IMG/VR virus record: IMGVR_UViG_3300012352_000501
Location: 1-31,006 of that record
DNA: 31,006 bases
Strand: one strand, 5' to 3'
From: a virus
The notes under the pieces: generated by a model
What the model was told of the DNA's origin: nothing
What the model saw: only the letters and a program-made list of their open reading frames with translations
Database searches by the model: none
Translations under genes and position numbers: made by a program
Shown here: piece after piece, positions 21,692 through 30,616 of the stretch
How positions within the stretch are numbered: the first letter of the stretch is position 1
Layout: each line of letters starts with the position of its first letter

Positions 21692-22237
21692 ATGAGTTGT
21701 GTAACACTAACAAAAAGTAGAAAGCTAGCATGCGTTTCTAAAATGGCTGGAATTACAGCTATTGGTATTGCTCCATACGATTCATTGAATAGAGTAGTGA
21801 CCACTGACGCAGGAGTTGTAGCAATTCCATACGCAGCAAACACTATCGCTAGATTTGAATTAAAAAACACCGCCACTAAATTTTTAGAAAACGGAGTTTC
21901 GGGTGGAGACAATCGCTCTACTGGGGTGACTGGTAACATCTCTTGTATTTTCAACGTTGGATCTGGAGAGGATTTGGCATTGAACAAACAAGTTGAAGAA
22001 ATGTTAAAAGGTGAAGTTGTTTTATTCCTAGAGAAAAAAGACGGAACTATTGTTGCGGCAGGTTCTCAGTTAGGAGCATTGGCAGTTACTGCTGATTCTG
22101 ACACTGGAGGAACAATTGGAGACCTTAACGGGTACACGGTTACTTTCAACACAATGGAGCCAGATTTCTCAAGAAAATACTTGCTTACAGGTGCTGGATT
22201 AACTGAATACGCTACTGCTTTAAAAGCATACGTGTAA
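21692..22237 (+). CDS. Major tail (tube) protein-like (181 aa)
   Basis: It forms its own transcription unit, bracketed by two terminator hairpins. It is Gly/Thr-rich and beta-type (ARFELKNTATKFLENGVSGGDN...GYTVTFNTMEP), similar to siphophage tail tube proteins. This is a tentative call. Confidence 0.5.
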   Translation: MSCVTLTKSRKLACVSKMAGITAIGIAPYDSLNRVVTTDAGVVAIPYAANTIARFELKNTATKFLENGVSGGDNRSTGVTGNISCIFNVGSGEDLALNKQVEEMLKGEVVLFLEKKDGTIVAAGSQLGALAVTADSDTGGTIGDLNGYTVTFNTMEPDFSRKYLLTGAGLTEYATALKAYV

Positions 22238-22261
22238 TTCTATCTAAATAAATAATTAAAA

Positions 22262-22287
22262 AGCCAGTTATTATGCTGGCTTTTTTT
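22262..22287 (+). terminator. Rho-independent terminator
   Basis: AGCCAG (22262-22267) pairs with CTGGCT (22276-22281) around an 8-nt loop. A T7 run follows. Confidence 0.75.
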
Positions 22288-22300
22288 ATAAATTTCAAGT

Positions 22301-22630
22301 ATGAAAGTATTATTTTTAGAAACAGAACTAACTTTTTCATTAATTCCTAGAGTTTTCCCGTCGTTAATTGATAATTTAATCTTAAATTTACGCAATGAAA
22401 TAACTAATGTTGAGATTAATCCAGAAATATCTTTTACGATTACGGATAAATTGAACATAAAAATTCTTTCACAGCCTAGTGATTTCGAATCTCAAAACAA
22501 ATACGAGATAGAATTGAAAAACGGATTAAATGTAATTTACAGAGGGAAACTTTTAATTTTAGAACAAGGAACAAACATACAAAATTACGAATATGGCAGC
22601 CAGACGAAAACAAGATTTGACTACAAATAA
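22301..22630 (+). CDS. Hypothetical protein (109 aa)
   Basis: ATG ORF preceded by TAAATTTC plus 4 nt. It overlaps the portal start by 38 nt. Confidence 0.6.
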   Translation: MKVLFLETELTFSLIPRVFPSLIDNLILNLRNEITNVEINPEISFTITDKLNIKILSQPSDFESQNKYEIELKNGLNVIYRGKLLILEQGTNIQNYEYGSQTKTRFDYK

Positions 22631-23948
22631 AGATACACATGTATTTTCGGCAGACGTGAAGATGAGTGCCTTTCAGCCTATCGACGTGAAGCCCGTTTTT
22701 GGTCGTCGATGGATTACGAATGGTGTTAATAATATAAATTTCGATACCTATCGAAATGCATATGACGATTCGCCTACAAATTCAAGTATCATTAATGCTT
22801 TCGTGAACTACGTTTACGGCGAAGGGTTGATTGATATTAACGGCGAGAACATAAGCCAATATATTTCAGAAGCAGATGTTCTTTTACTAGTTCAAGATTA
22901 TAAGATTTATGGTGGATTCGCCTGTCAAGTTATTTGGAGCATGGCAAAAACACCTTTAAGAATCGAATATATTCCGATTTATAAATTAGCCGTTAATTAC
23001 GACCAGGATTCTATCGAAGTCGATGGGTATTGGTACTCTTGGGATTGGAAAAACAATTTCGTGTACAGACCAACTTTTTATCCTAAATTTGACGGAACTT
23101 ATAAAGAGGAAAACCTTGAAATATTAGTTGTAAGACGTGCAACTGCAGAGCCATTTTTTCCTATTCCAGATTATTTGAGTGGAATTCCTTGGGCCGAAGT
23201 AGAAGGCGAACTTGCTAATGGCGGAAAAAACCATTTTAAAAATGCTTTAGGAGCATTAACTGTAATCAATTACAACAATGGTCGTCAAGCTACACCAGAA
23301 TTGGCTAGACAAGAGGCGAAAAAAGTTCGTGATAATTACGTCGGAACGGATAATCAAGCGAAAGTAATCGTTTCATTTAACGAAAGCGCAGAGAGTGCGG
23401 TTGTAGTTGACCAATTACACCCACCTGAATTGAACCAACAAAATGTATTTTACTCTGAAGAGGCTGAAAGAAAGTTAATCGTGGCGCATTCAGCTCCACC
23501 TATCTTATTCGCAGGCTCTAATTCGGGAAGTGGATTCAGTTCGAACGCAGATGAAATAGCAGTAGCGACTAAAGGATTATACAGAAGACATATAAATCCA
23601 ATGAGAGGTGTGATTTTAAACGGGCTTGAATCTGTTTTTAAATTGATTGACCCAGAAATAAAATTGGACTTTAAGGATTTCAAAGAAGAAACTGAATTGG
23701 AAAATAAAGCCGAAGTTGTAGGAAGCCCTCAGGCGATTACTTTAGATGATAAAACTCTAGAAGCCCAAGCCCAATTAAAAGGCTCTGTCGGTGGAGTTCA
23801 GTCTTTATTAGAAGTTCAAGCCTCATATTCATCTGGAACTACTAGTTATGAAAGCGCAATTGCAATACTATATCTGATTTTCGGATTCATTAGAGAACAA
23901 GCGATTCGATTATTAGGAAATCCGCAAAAAGAAAGTACACAGATATGA
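22593..23948 (+). CDS. Portal protein (probable)
   Basis: 451 aa. The N-terminal GRRWITNGVNNINFDTYRNAYDDSPTNSSIINAFVNYVYGEGL fits the W-x-x-G-x-x-N...SP...II...Y..G.G pattern that I associate with portal families. Confidence 0.6.
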   Translation: MAARRKQDLTTNKDTHVFSADVKMSAFQPIDVKPVFGRRWITNGVNNINFDTYRNAYDDSPTNSSIINAFVNYVYGEGLIDINGENISQYISEADVLLLVQDYKIYGGFACQVIWSMAKTPLRIEYIPIYKLAVNYDQDSIEVDGYWYSWDWKNNFVYRPTFYPKFDGTYKEENLEILVVRRATAEPFFPIPDYLSGIPWAEVEGELANGGKNHFKNALGALTVINYNNGRQATPELARQEAKKVRDNYVGTDNQAKVIVSFNESAESAVVVDQLHPPELNQQNVFYSEEAERKLIVAHSAPPILFAGSNSGSGFSSNADEIAVATKGLYRRHINPMRGVILNGLESVFKLIDPEIKLDFKDFKEETELENKAEVVGSPQAITLDDKTLEAQAQLKGSVGGVQSLLEVQASYSSGTTSYESAIAILYLIFGFIREQAIRLLGNPQKESTQI

Positions 23949-24403
23949 TAACATTATGGTTAAATTCGAATGATATTCCAGCATTAACTGCTTTCAGTGG
24001 GAATATTGACGCAGATAGTTTAAAGCCTCATATTTATACGGCTCAAACTACCGATTTAAAAAGAGTTCTTGGACTAGAGTTGTACAATAAAATCGATGAA
24101 GATTATATCGCTGGAACACTAGACGGAGTTTATAAAACTATTTATGATAATTACGTCGTGGATATGTTAACATACTTCGCATGTACTAATTATATGGCTT
24201 TCGGTGGCTATAAAACTTCAAACAACGGAATCTATAAAGAAGGAAACGTTGATTTAAAAGAGGTTTCTGTATTAATCGGAAGGTACAAGCAATTAGGAAC
24301 GAACGTTGAACTGAACTTCTACGATTATATGAAAACCATTTCGATTAACGAGTGGTTAAATACGACCGATATTGAAGACAACAAAGTAATCCCTTGGTAT
24401 TAA
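23945..24403 (+). CDS. Head-tail adaptor-like protein (152 aa)
   Basis: It has an ATGA overlap with the portal gene. The call rests on position and size only. Confidence 0.5.
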   Translation: MITLWLNSNDIPALTAFSGNIDADSLKPHIYTAQTTDLKRVLGLELYNKIDEDYIAGTLDGVYKTIYDNYVVDMLTYFACTNYMAFGGYKTSNNGIYKEGNVDLKEVSVLIGRYKQLGTNVELNFYDYMKTISINEWLNTTDIEDNKVIPWY

Positions 24404-24404
24404 G

Positions 24405-24884
24405 ATGGCACAGCAATTTATAAACGTATCGCAACCAAATGACGGATTAGGGGATTCTTTAAGACAGTCATTTATAGAAACGAATGAGAACTTTAGCGAA
24501 CTCTATCAGAATAAAGTCGATAAAGTAACGGGACAGGGATTATCTGACAACAATTTTACCGATGCCGAGCAAGTAAAGTTATCGAACATTCAAGAAAACG
24601 CAGAAGAAAATGTTCAGCCCGATTGGAATCAGAACGATGACACTCAAGACGATTACATTAAGAACAAGCCAACAACTTTAGGATTCCAAGAAATTTACAA
24701 TTCAGAAGTTTTGTCTCAAGGAACGGAAACATTCAACCTTCCAGACGGAGTTGTTGTAGCGATGATTCACGTCGAAAGAGGTTTTAAACTTTCTACCGAA
24801 TGGAGTCAAGCAAGTAACGTTTTAACAATTACGGGATTAACCGCAGTTGGAAAACGTGTTTCAATATTAGGATTCATAAAATAA
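24405..24884 (+). CDS. Tail fibre / receptor-binding-associated protein (159 aa)
   Basis: N-terminal GLGDSLRQSFIETNENFSELY and GQGLSDNNFTDAEQVKLSNIQENAE are motifs common at tail-fibre N-termini. Confidence 0.65.
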   Translation: MAQQFINVSQPNDGLGDSLRQSFIETNENFSELYQNKVDKVTGQGLSDNNFTDAEQVKLSNIQENAEENVQPDWNQNDDTQDDYIKNKPTTLGFQEIYNSEVLSQGTETFNLPDGVVVAMIHVERGFKLSTEWSQASNVLTITGLTAVGKRVSILGFIK

Positions 24885-24899
24885 ATAAACAAAAAACAA

Positions 24900-27446
24900 A
24901 TGAAAAAATTAAAATTATTTATCAGCTTATGGTTTACTATGTTTTCGATAGTAATGTTTGGCCAAGCGGAGTACGAAAAAATTGCTATAACGCAAAACAC
25001 CCAAGATAACACAGCGGGTCGATTATTAGTTCAAGACGTTACAACTGGCGAAGTTCGCTGGATTTTAAAAAGTATCTTGGACAACAAATTTAACCAACCA
25101 ACAGGAAATGCAACTCAGTATCTAGACGGAGCTGGAACACCAACTACATTTCCAGTTTTAGGGCAATCAGATCGAGTAATTACAGAGGTTAGAAATAGCA
25201 CTGGTGCTACTATAACAAAAGGAACGGTTGTTTATTTAAACGGAGCGACTGGCGGAAAACCAAATGTTCAGAAAGCTCAAGCAAACTCAGAAGCTACTTC
25301 ATCTGGAACGTTCGGAGTTATTCAATCTGATATAAATAATAATTCAAACGGCTACGTTGTAGTAATAGGAACTGTTTTAGGATTAAACACATCAGCTTAT
25401 ACAGCTGGGCAAGTATTATGGTTGAGCCCAACTACTGCGGGTGGATATACTACTACAAAACCAGTAGCACCTAATCACGCAGTGTACGTCGGAATCGTTA
25501 CTTTAGCAGCTACGCAGGGAACGATAGAAGTGAAAATTCAAAACGGATATGAACTTGATGAGATACATGACGTTTTAATCACTTCGAAAACCGATAATGA
25601 CGGATTGATTTATGAATCATCTTCGGGGCTTTGGAAAAATAAGCAGATAACAAAAGCGATGGTTGGATTAGCAAACGTTGATAATACTAGCGATTTAAAC
25701 AAACCTATTTCGACGGCTACTCAAACGGCTTTAAACTTAAAAGAAAATACAGCAAATAAAAATACAGCTAATGGATATGCGGGACTTGGAAGTGACGGGA
25801 AGTTAATATCAAGCCAGTTACCTGCTATTACAATAACAGATACATTTGTTGTAGGTTCTCAAGCGGCAATGTTGGCATTAACGGTAGAGACAGGAGATGT
25901 AGCAGTGAGGACTGACGTAAATAAATCATTTATATTAAAAGGAACAAACGCAGCAATTTTATCCGATTGGCAAGAATTATTAACACCAACGAGTTCAGTG
26001 ACTTCGGTATTCGGAAGAAATGGAGCAGTAACTGCTAACACTGGGGATTATACGGCTGACCAAATTAATGAAACGGCTAGCAGGAAATTTCAGACTTTAG
26101 CGCAACAAACTTATAACGATGCGACTAGTTCAATCCAAACTCAATTGAATAGTAAAGAGCCTTCGATTACTGCGCCTGGGACAACGGGTTCATATTGGCG
26201 AGGTAACAAGACTTGGGCAACATTAGACACTTCTGTAATTCCCGAAAATGGCGCTTTATTTTTCACAAATGATAGGGCGAAAATTGCAGTAACAGCAAAC
26301 TCAGGGACAATAAATAGAGTTTCAAAATTTAATACTAACGGAAGTATTGCGAATAGTCAAATTTTTGACAACGGTTCTTCGGTAGGTATTGGGACAGATA
26401 GCCCTAATTATTCTGCAGCTGGAAGAACAACAGTAGATATAAACGGAAGTTCTCAATCAATGTTGGCTTTAAGTACTGCGGGAGTTGGAAAAGGCTTTTT
26501 ATTTCATACGGGTACAGATTTATTGCTTTCAAATGAAATAAACGGGGCAATTAAATTTAATACTAACGGAAGTCAAAAAATGGTAGTTGAATCAGCAGGC
26601 AATGTTGGGATTGGAACAACCTCACCAGTTTATAAATTTCACGTAAACGATACTTCAGATGGTATTGTTGGTCATTTTAGCGGTGGTGTTTCAAACTATA
26701 CATTAATATCATTTAAATCAAACGAAGCAAGTGTTTATTCTACTTCGTTAGGTAGTTACAATAGTGGTTTACTATTTAGAACGGGTGCTACTGATAGAAT
26801 GTATATAAATTCAAGTGGCAACGTAGGAATTGGTACAACTTCGCCAAGTGCTAAATTAAATGTATTGGGAGATATTCATATAGGTGATTATGGTAGTTCA
26901 GCAACAAGAAATTTAGACTTTAGAACAAGTACAAATTTATTTGGAATTACAACTTTTCCAACAAACTCGGACGGTACTTTAATACAATATTCTTGGGCAA
27001 ACGGTGGACAAGGCCCATTAAAATTTGGAAATGCTTCAAGCGTTGTTCTTGTTTTAACTGCTTCGGGTACTGTTTTAGTTCCAACTCTAGGGACAGGATT
27101 AGTGTATTCAAATAACGGAACTTTAACAAGTACAAATCCATCTGATAGAAGATTAAAAGATAGTATTATGGATTTGCAATATGGTTTAAGTGACATATTA
27201 AAATTGCGCCCAGTTTCTTATTTATGGAAAAATGATAAAATAAATCAAGGAAAACAATTTGGTTTTATAGCGCAAGAAGTTCAAGAAGTTATGCCGGAAT
27301 TAGTAAAGGAATTTAAAACTGAAGAAGGCGAAAGACTAGGATTGGATAAAGAAGGGATTTATGCGGCATTAGTAAAAGCGATTCAAGAACAACAAGTTCA
27401 AATCAAAGAATTGCAAAAAGAAGTTGAATTGTTAAAAAATAAATAA
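24900..27446 (+). CDS. Tail fibre with a C-terminal peptidase-S74 intramolecular chaperone domain
   Basis: The C-terminus (SDRRLKDSIMDLQYGLSDILKLRPVSYLWKND...FGFIAQEVQEVMPELV...LDKEGIYAALVKAIQEQQVQIKELQ) is S74-type. The body carries VGLANVDNTSDLNKPIS and three G-N/S-VGIGT-x-SP repeats. The N-terminus resembles a signal peptide. Confidence 0.85.
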   Translation: MKKLKLFISLWFTMFSIVMFGQAEYEKIAITQNTQDNTAGRLLVQDVTTGEVRWILKSILDNKFNQPTGNATQYLDGAGTPTTFPVLGQSDRVITEVRNSTGATITKGTVVYLNGATGGKPNVQKAQANSEATSSGTFGVIQSDINNNSNGYVVVIGTVLGLNTSAYTAGQVLWLSPTTAGGYTTTKPVAPNHAVYVGIVTLAATQGTIEVKIQNGYELDEIHDVLITSKTDNDGLIYESSSGLWKNKQITKAMVGLANVDNTSDLNKPISTATQTALNLKENTANKNTANGYAGLGSDGKLISSQLPAITITDTFVVGSQAAMLALTVETGDVAVRTDVNKSFILKGTNAAILSDWQELLTPTSSVTSVFGRNGAVTANTGDYTADQINETASRKFQTLAQQTYNDATSSIQTQLNSKEPSITAPGTTGSYWRGNKTWATLDTSVIPENGALFFTNDRAKIAVTANSGTINRVSKFNTNGSIANSQIFDNGSSVGIGTDSPNYSAAGRTTVDINGSSQSMLALSTAGVGKGFLFHTGTDLLLSNEINGAIKFNTNGSQKMVVESAGNVGIGTTSPVYKFHVNDTSDGIVGHFSGGVSNYTLISFKSNEASVYSTSLGSYNSGLLFRTGATDRMYINSSGNVGIGTTSPSAKLNVLGDIHIGDYGSSATRNLDFRTSTNLFGITTFPTNSDGTLIQYSWANGGQGPLKFGNASSVVLVLTASGTVLVPTLGTGLVYSNNGTLTSTNPSDRRLKDSIMDLQYGLSDILKLRPVSYLWKNDKINQGKQFGFIAQEVQEVMPELVKEFKTEEGERLGLDKEGIYAALVKAIQEQQVQIKELQKEVELLKNK

Positions 27447-27454
27447 TATCTTTA
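27447..27454 (+). promoter_or_regulatory. TAnnTTTA box 4 nt before the first lysis-cassette ATG
   Basis: tatctttaca-aa-ATG(27459). Confidence 0.4.
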
Positions 27455-27458
27455 CAAA

Positions 27459-27644
27459 ATGAGAAGAACAAAACCTACATGGTTCAGTAAAACGAAAAAC
27501 GCAGTTTCTATACTTTCAGATACTGCCGTTGTAATGCTTTTGGCTTTAGGTTATGCCGAAAATAGCATGGAAATATTAATTTGCAGAGTTGGTATTTCGG
27601 GAATTATGAACGCAATTAATGTATTCCTAAAAGAAGAAAATTAA
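27459..27644 (+). CDS. Holin candidate (61 aa membrane protein)
   Basis: It has two hydrophobic stretches (AVSILSDTAVVMLLALGY and ILICRVGISGIMNAINVF) and is the first gene of the lysis cassette. Confidence 0.5.
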   Translation: MRRTKPTWFSKTKNAVSILSDTAVVMLLALGYAENSMEILICRVGISGIMNAINVFLKEEN

Positions 27645-27886
27645 TGAATACCGAGTTTAAAGATTTGAATCAAAAAGTCGATAGGATTCTATACTATTTA
27701 GAATCTGACCCAAAAACAAAACAGGAAGGGCTTGTCGAGAAAGTATCTCGAATCGATGCCGATTTGGAAAATCTTTTAACTCGTGAAAAAGTTTACCTAG
27801 CGAAGTTTTCAGCTTTAGCTTTCGCAGGTGGTGCCGTTTTCCAACTGTGTTGGATATTCCTTCAGAAACTATTTATGAAACCATGA
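27644..27886 (+). CDS. Membrane-anchored lysis-cassette protein (80 aa; holin/antiholin candidate)
   Basis: The N-terminal half is soluble and coiled-coil-like. The C-terminal transmembrane segment is FSALAFAGGAVFQLCWIFL. It has ATGA overlaps on both sides. Confidence 0.5.
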   Translation: MNTEFKDLNQKVDRILYYLESDPKTKQEGLVEKVSRIDADLENLLTREKVYLAKFSALAFAGGAVFQLCWIFLQKLFMKP

Positions 27887-28410
27887 TAACAGAAAACGAG
27901 TTTAAAAATCTTTCTATTACTTTCGGAATTCCAAAACCTTCGATAAAAGCAATTCAGCTAGTTGAAAGTGGGGGATCTGGTTTTGATAAAAAGACTGGTA
28001 AAATAAAGATTCAATTCGAGCCGTCTTGGTTTAAAAGATTAACTAGGCTATTTATAAAAAACGGTGTCGAAGGACAAGAAGCAGAGTGGTTGGCTTTTAA
28101 TAAGGCTTTCGCAAAGAATCCTAATAAAGCAATGGAATCTACATCTTGGGGTTCTATGCAAGTAATGGGATTACACTGGAAGCGACTAGGATTTGACTCT
28201 GTCGGGGAAATGGTTGACTTCGCAAAGAAATCGGAAAAGAATCAACTATGGCTTGGGCTTCGATTTATAGCTACAGACGTGAGAATATTTAGAGCCTTAA
28301 AAAATAAAGACTGGAATACATTCGCAAAGTATTACAATGGGCCCAACTACAAAGAAAAGGGCTATCATATTAAATTAAAAAACGCAGAACTAAATTTTAG
28401 AACATTATGA
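27883..28410 (+). CDS. Endolysin, N-acetylmuramidase (DUF3380-like)
   Basis: IKAIQLVESGGSGF, WGSMQVMGLHWKRLGF and FAKYYNGPNYKEKGYHIKL match the muramidase family pattern. ATG 27883 (ATGA overlap) is preferred over the track GTG at 27847. Confidence 0.8.
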   Translation: MITENEFKNLSITFGIPKPSIKAIQLVESGGSGFDKKTGKIKIQFEPSWFKRLTRLFIKNGVEGQEAEWLAFNKAFAKNPNKAMESTSWGSMQVMGLHWKRLGFDSVGEMVDFAKKSEKNQLWLGLRFIATDVRIFRALKNKDWNTFAKYYNGPNYKEKGYHIKLKNAELNFRTL

Positions 28411-29036
28411 AAGAATTTTTAAAAAAATCGTGGGCTTGGATATTATCAGTATTGGTATTGGCTTCCGTAATCGTTACGAAAACCTACAACGAGAAAATCC
28501 AAAAGAAAAATGTTGAAGCACTACAGAGTGAATTAACGAATTACAAATTGAAAGACGGAACGCTTGTTGCTTCGAATAAAAGTTTGCTTTTCGAAAACGA
28601 ACAGCTGAATAAATCTCTATCCGAAAAGGATAAAGAGTTGGCAAATAAATTCTCGGAAGTAAAAACAGTGACCAAAATACAGGAAGTATTAAGAATCGAC
28701 ACTATAAAGATAGTTTATAAAGACAGTGTTAAGTGTAATTTCAGAAGAGTTGGAATAGTAAAAAATAAAAGCTATTCACTAGACTATATCACTACTCAAA
28801 AGGGTATTAAATTATCAAATATAGTAGTTCCAGACACTGTTACTGTAATCACTGGTAAAAAGCGAAAATGGTTTCTAGGAAAAGAAACCGAAACAGTCGA
28901 TGTACTACACTCAAACGTACTTATTAAAACAGAGGACATTAAGCATATCGAGAATACACCGAAAAAAAAATGGTATGACACGAATTTATTTAAAATCGGT
29001 GTCGGATTTATAGGTGGCGCAATAATTTTAAAATAA
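28407..29036 (+). CDS. Spanin-like / membrane-anchored lysis accessory protein (209 aa)
   Basis: It has an N-terminal transmembrane segment (SWAWILSVLVLASVIV), a coiled-coil region, and a hydrophobic C-terminus (FKIGVGFIGGAIIL). It is the last gene before the terminator. Confidence 0.5.
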   Translation: MKEFLKKSWAWILSVLVLASVIVTKTYNEKIQKKNVEALQSELTNYKLKDGTLVASNKSLLFENEQLNKSLSEKDKELANKFSEVKTVTKIQEVLRIDTIKIVYKDSVKCNFRRVGIVKNKSYSLDYITTQKGIKLSNIVVPDTVTVITGKKRKWFLGKETETVDVLHSNVLIKTEDIKHIENTPKKKWYDTNLFKIGVGFIGGAIILK

Positions 29037-29057
29037 TTTACTTAATAATTATTTTGG

Positions 29058-29085
29058 GCCATAGTTAATCTATGGCTTTTTTTTT
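29058..29085 (+). terminator. Rho-independent terminator of the late/lysis unit
   Basis: GCCATAG (29058-29064) pairs with CTATGGC (29070-29076) around a 5-nt loop. A T9 run follows. Confidence 0.85.
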
Positions 29086-29102
29086 AACTTAAAATAAAAA
29101 AT

Positions 29103-30260
29103 ATGTCAAAATGGTCGATTTACGATAATGATTTGCTCGAATCATTACAGAAAAACAAAGAAATAAATCAAAGCGAACTAGCGAAGTCAATATTTAGAAA
29201 GTATAATCTTGAATTTACTTCTAATGAAACGGAAGCCCTAGCGAAGTACATAAATAGAAACAGAAAAAGGTTTCTTGACGAATACGAAGGAACATATGAT
29301 GCAACTAATTCGCTTGACGTGGATAATACTAGCGTAAAACATATGTGGATTAAGAACAAAGAGGCTTCACTTTTCGTAAAAAATCCAAATTATATCGAGC
29401 AGGAGCTGACTAAAATCTCAGATCTAAAATCTGACTTGATAAAAGACTTACAAGAGTATTCGCCAAAGTTCGTAAAACTAGAAAGGGTTGAGAATAAAGA
29501 AAGCTATTTGCTAATAATTGACCCAGCTGATATTCATATCGGAAAACTGGCTTCTGCTTTCGAATCTGGAGAGAGTTATGATAATCAAATCGCAGTTCAG
29601 CGTGTATTGAGCGGTGTGATTGGAATATTAAACAAGGTTTCGTCTTTCTCTATTGATAAAATAGTTTTTATCGGTGGTAACGATATTTTGCACGTTGATA
29701 ATCCTCAGCGAACTACGACTAGTGGAACACCGCAAGATACTGACGGAATGTGGCACTCTAATTTTTTAATCGCTAAAAATTTATACACGAATATTATCGA
29801 AATGTTGCTTCCTATCGCAGACGTTCATTTTGTTTTTAATCCTTCAAATCACGATTACACGAATGGCTACTTCCTGGCCCAAGTAATTCAGACGTATTTT
29901 AGGAATTCTGAAAATGTTACTTTCGATTGTAGTATTTCGCACAGGAAATATTTTACTTATGGAAATAATTTAATTGGAACTACACACGGAGATGGTGCGA
30001 AGGTTACAGATCTGCCTTTATTAATGGCGCACGAGGCTGTAGATTGGAGCAAATGCAAACATAGGTATATTTATACTCATCACGTGCATCATAAAAACAG
30101 CAAGGATTACATGGGAGTTTGCGTTGAAAGTCTGAGAAGCCCTAGCGGAACAGATTCGTGGCATCACAGAAACGGATATCAGCATGCTCCGAAAGCAGTG
30201 GAGGCTTTTCTTCACTCTAAAGATTTTGGGCAAATCGCTAGAATAACTCATATTTTTTAA
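29103..30260 (+). CDS. Calcineurin-like metallophosphoesterase (Mre11/SbcD-type nuclease or phosphatase) with an about 130-aa N-terminal extension
   Basis: Motifs appear in the canonical order: IIDPADIHIG (DxH), FIGGNDILH (GD), FNPSNHDY (GNHD/E), GTTHGDG (H) and YTHHVHHK (GHxH). Confidence 0.75.
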   Translation: MSKWSIYDNDLLESLQKNKEINQSELAKSIFRKYNLEFTSNETEALAKYINRNRKRFLDEYEGTYDATNSLDVDNTSVKHMWIKNKEASLFVKNPNYIEQELTKISDLKSDLIKDLQEYSPKFVKLERVENKESYLLIIDPADIHIGKLASAFESGESYDNQIAVQRVLSGVIGILNKVSSFSIDKIVFIGGNDILHVDNPQRTTTSGTPQDTDGMWHSNFLIAKNLYTNIIEMLLPIADVHFVFNPSNHDYTNGYFLAQVIQTYFRNSENVTFDCSISHRKYFTYGNNLIGTTHGDGAKVTDLPLLMAHEAVDWSKCKHRYIYTHHVHHKNSKDYMGVCVESLRSPSGTDSWHHRNGYQHAPKAVEAFLHSKDFGQIARITHIF

Positions 30261-30300
30261 TTACATTTACAAAGTTTCTATTTTTTTTTAATTCTGATAA

Positions 30301-30337
30301 AAAAGCCCGATTAACTTGATTGTATAATCGGGCTTTT
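30301..30337. terminator. Bidirectional hairpin terminator between convergent genes
   Basis: AAAAGCCCGATTA (30301-30313) pairs with TAATCGGGCTTTT (30325-30337), a 13-bp stem with an 11-nt loop. An A-tract and a T-tract flank the two sides. Confidence 0.8.
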
Positions 30338-30343
30338 GAATTT

Positions 30344-30616
30344 CTAAAAAGCTGCTTCTATTTTCCAGCCTTGAATCGTATTAAAGTAAACCGATTCGCC
30401 TTGAGGATTGACCCATTCTCGGCCACGTAAATTAATTGCGACTTTTACTTTTTGACCTTCCGTAAAGGAATCTAATAAACTACATTTATCTTGAACGAAT
30501 TGAACGGAAATATGCTGCGGGTATTGTTCCTCAGTTGTTACTACAACGCTTCTACTTTTAAACGTTCCTTTTTCTTCGATTCCTTGAACTTTTTTGATAA
30601 TTCCTACTACTTCCAT
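30344..30616 (-). CDS. DUF3127-family OB-fold protein (SSB-like), last gene of the leftward operon
   Basis: MEVVGIIKKV...KSRSVVVTTEEQYPQHISVQFVQDKCSLLDSFTEGQKVKVAINLRGREWVNPQGESVYFNTIQGWKIE follows the DUF3127 pattern (ET.eqYPq...f..wgDk.d....G..v.v...l.sRE....Y.....aWkI). Its ATG overlaps the exonuclease stop by 10 nt. Confidence 0.75.
   Translation of the reverse strand: MEVVGIIKKVQGIEEKGTFKSRSVVVTTEEQYPQHISVQFVQDKCSLLDSFTEGQKVKVAINLRGREWVNPQGESVYFNTIQGWKIEAAF

Noticed and set aside
22240-22458. Minus-strand 72-aa ORF
   Set aside because: It spans the plus-strand terminator hairpin and the start of the 22301 gene. It has no promoter or partner genes on that strand.
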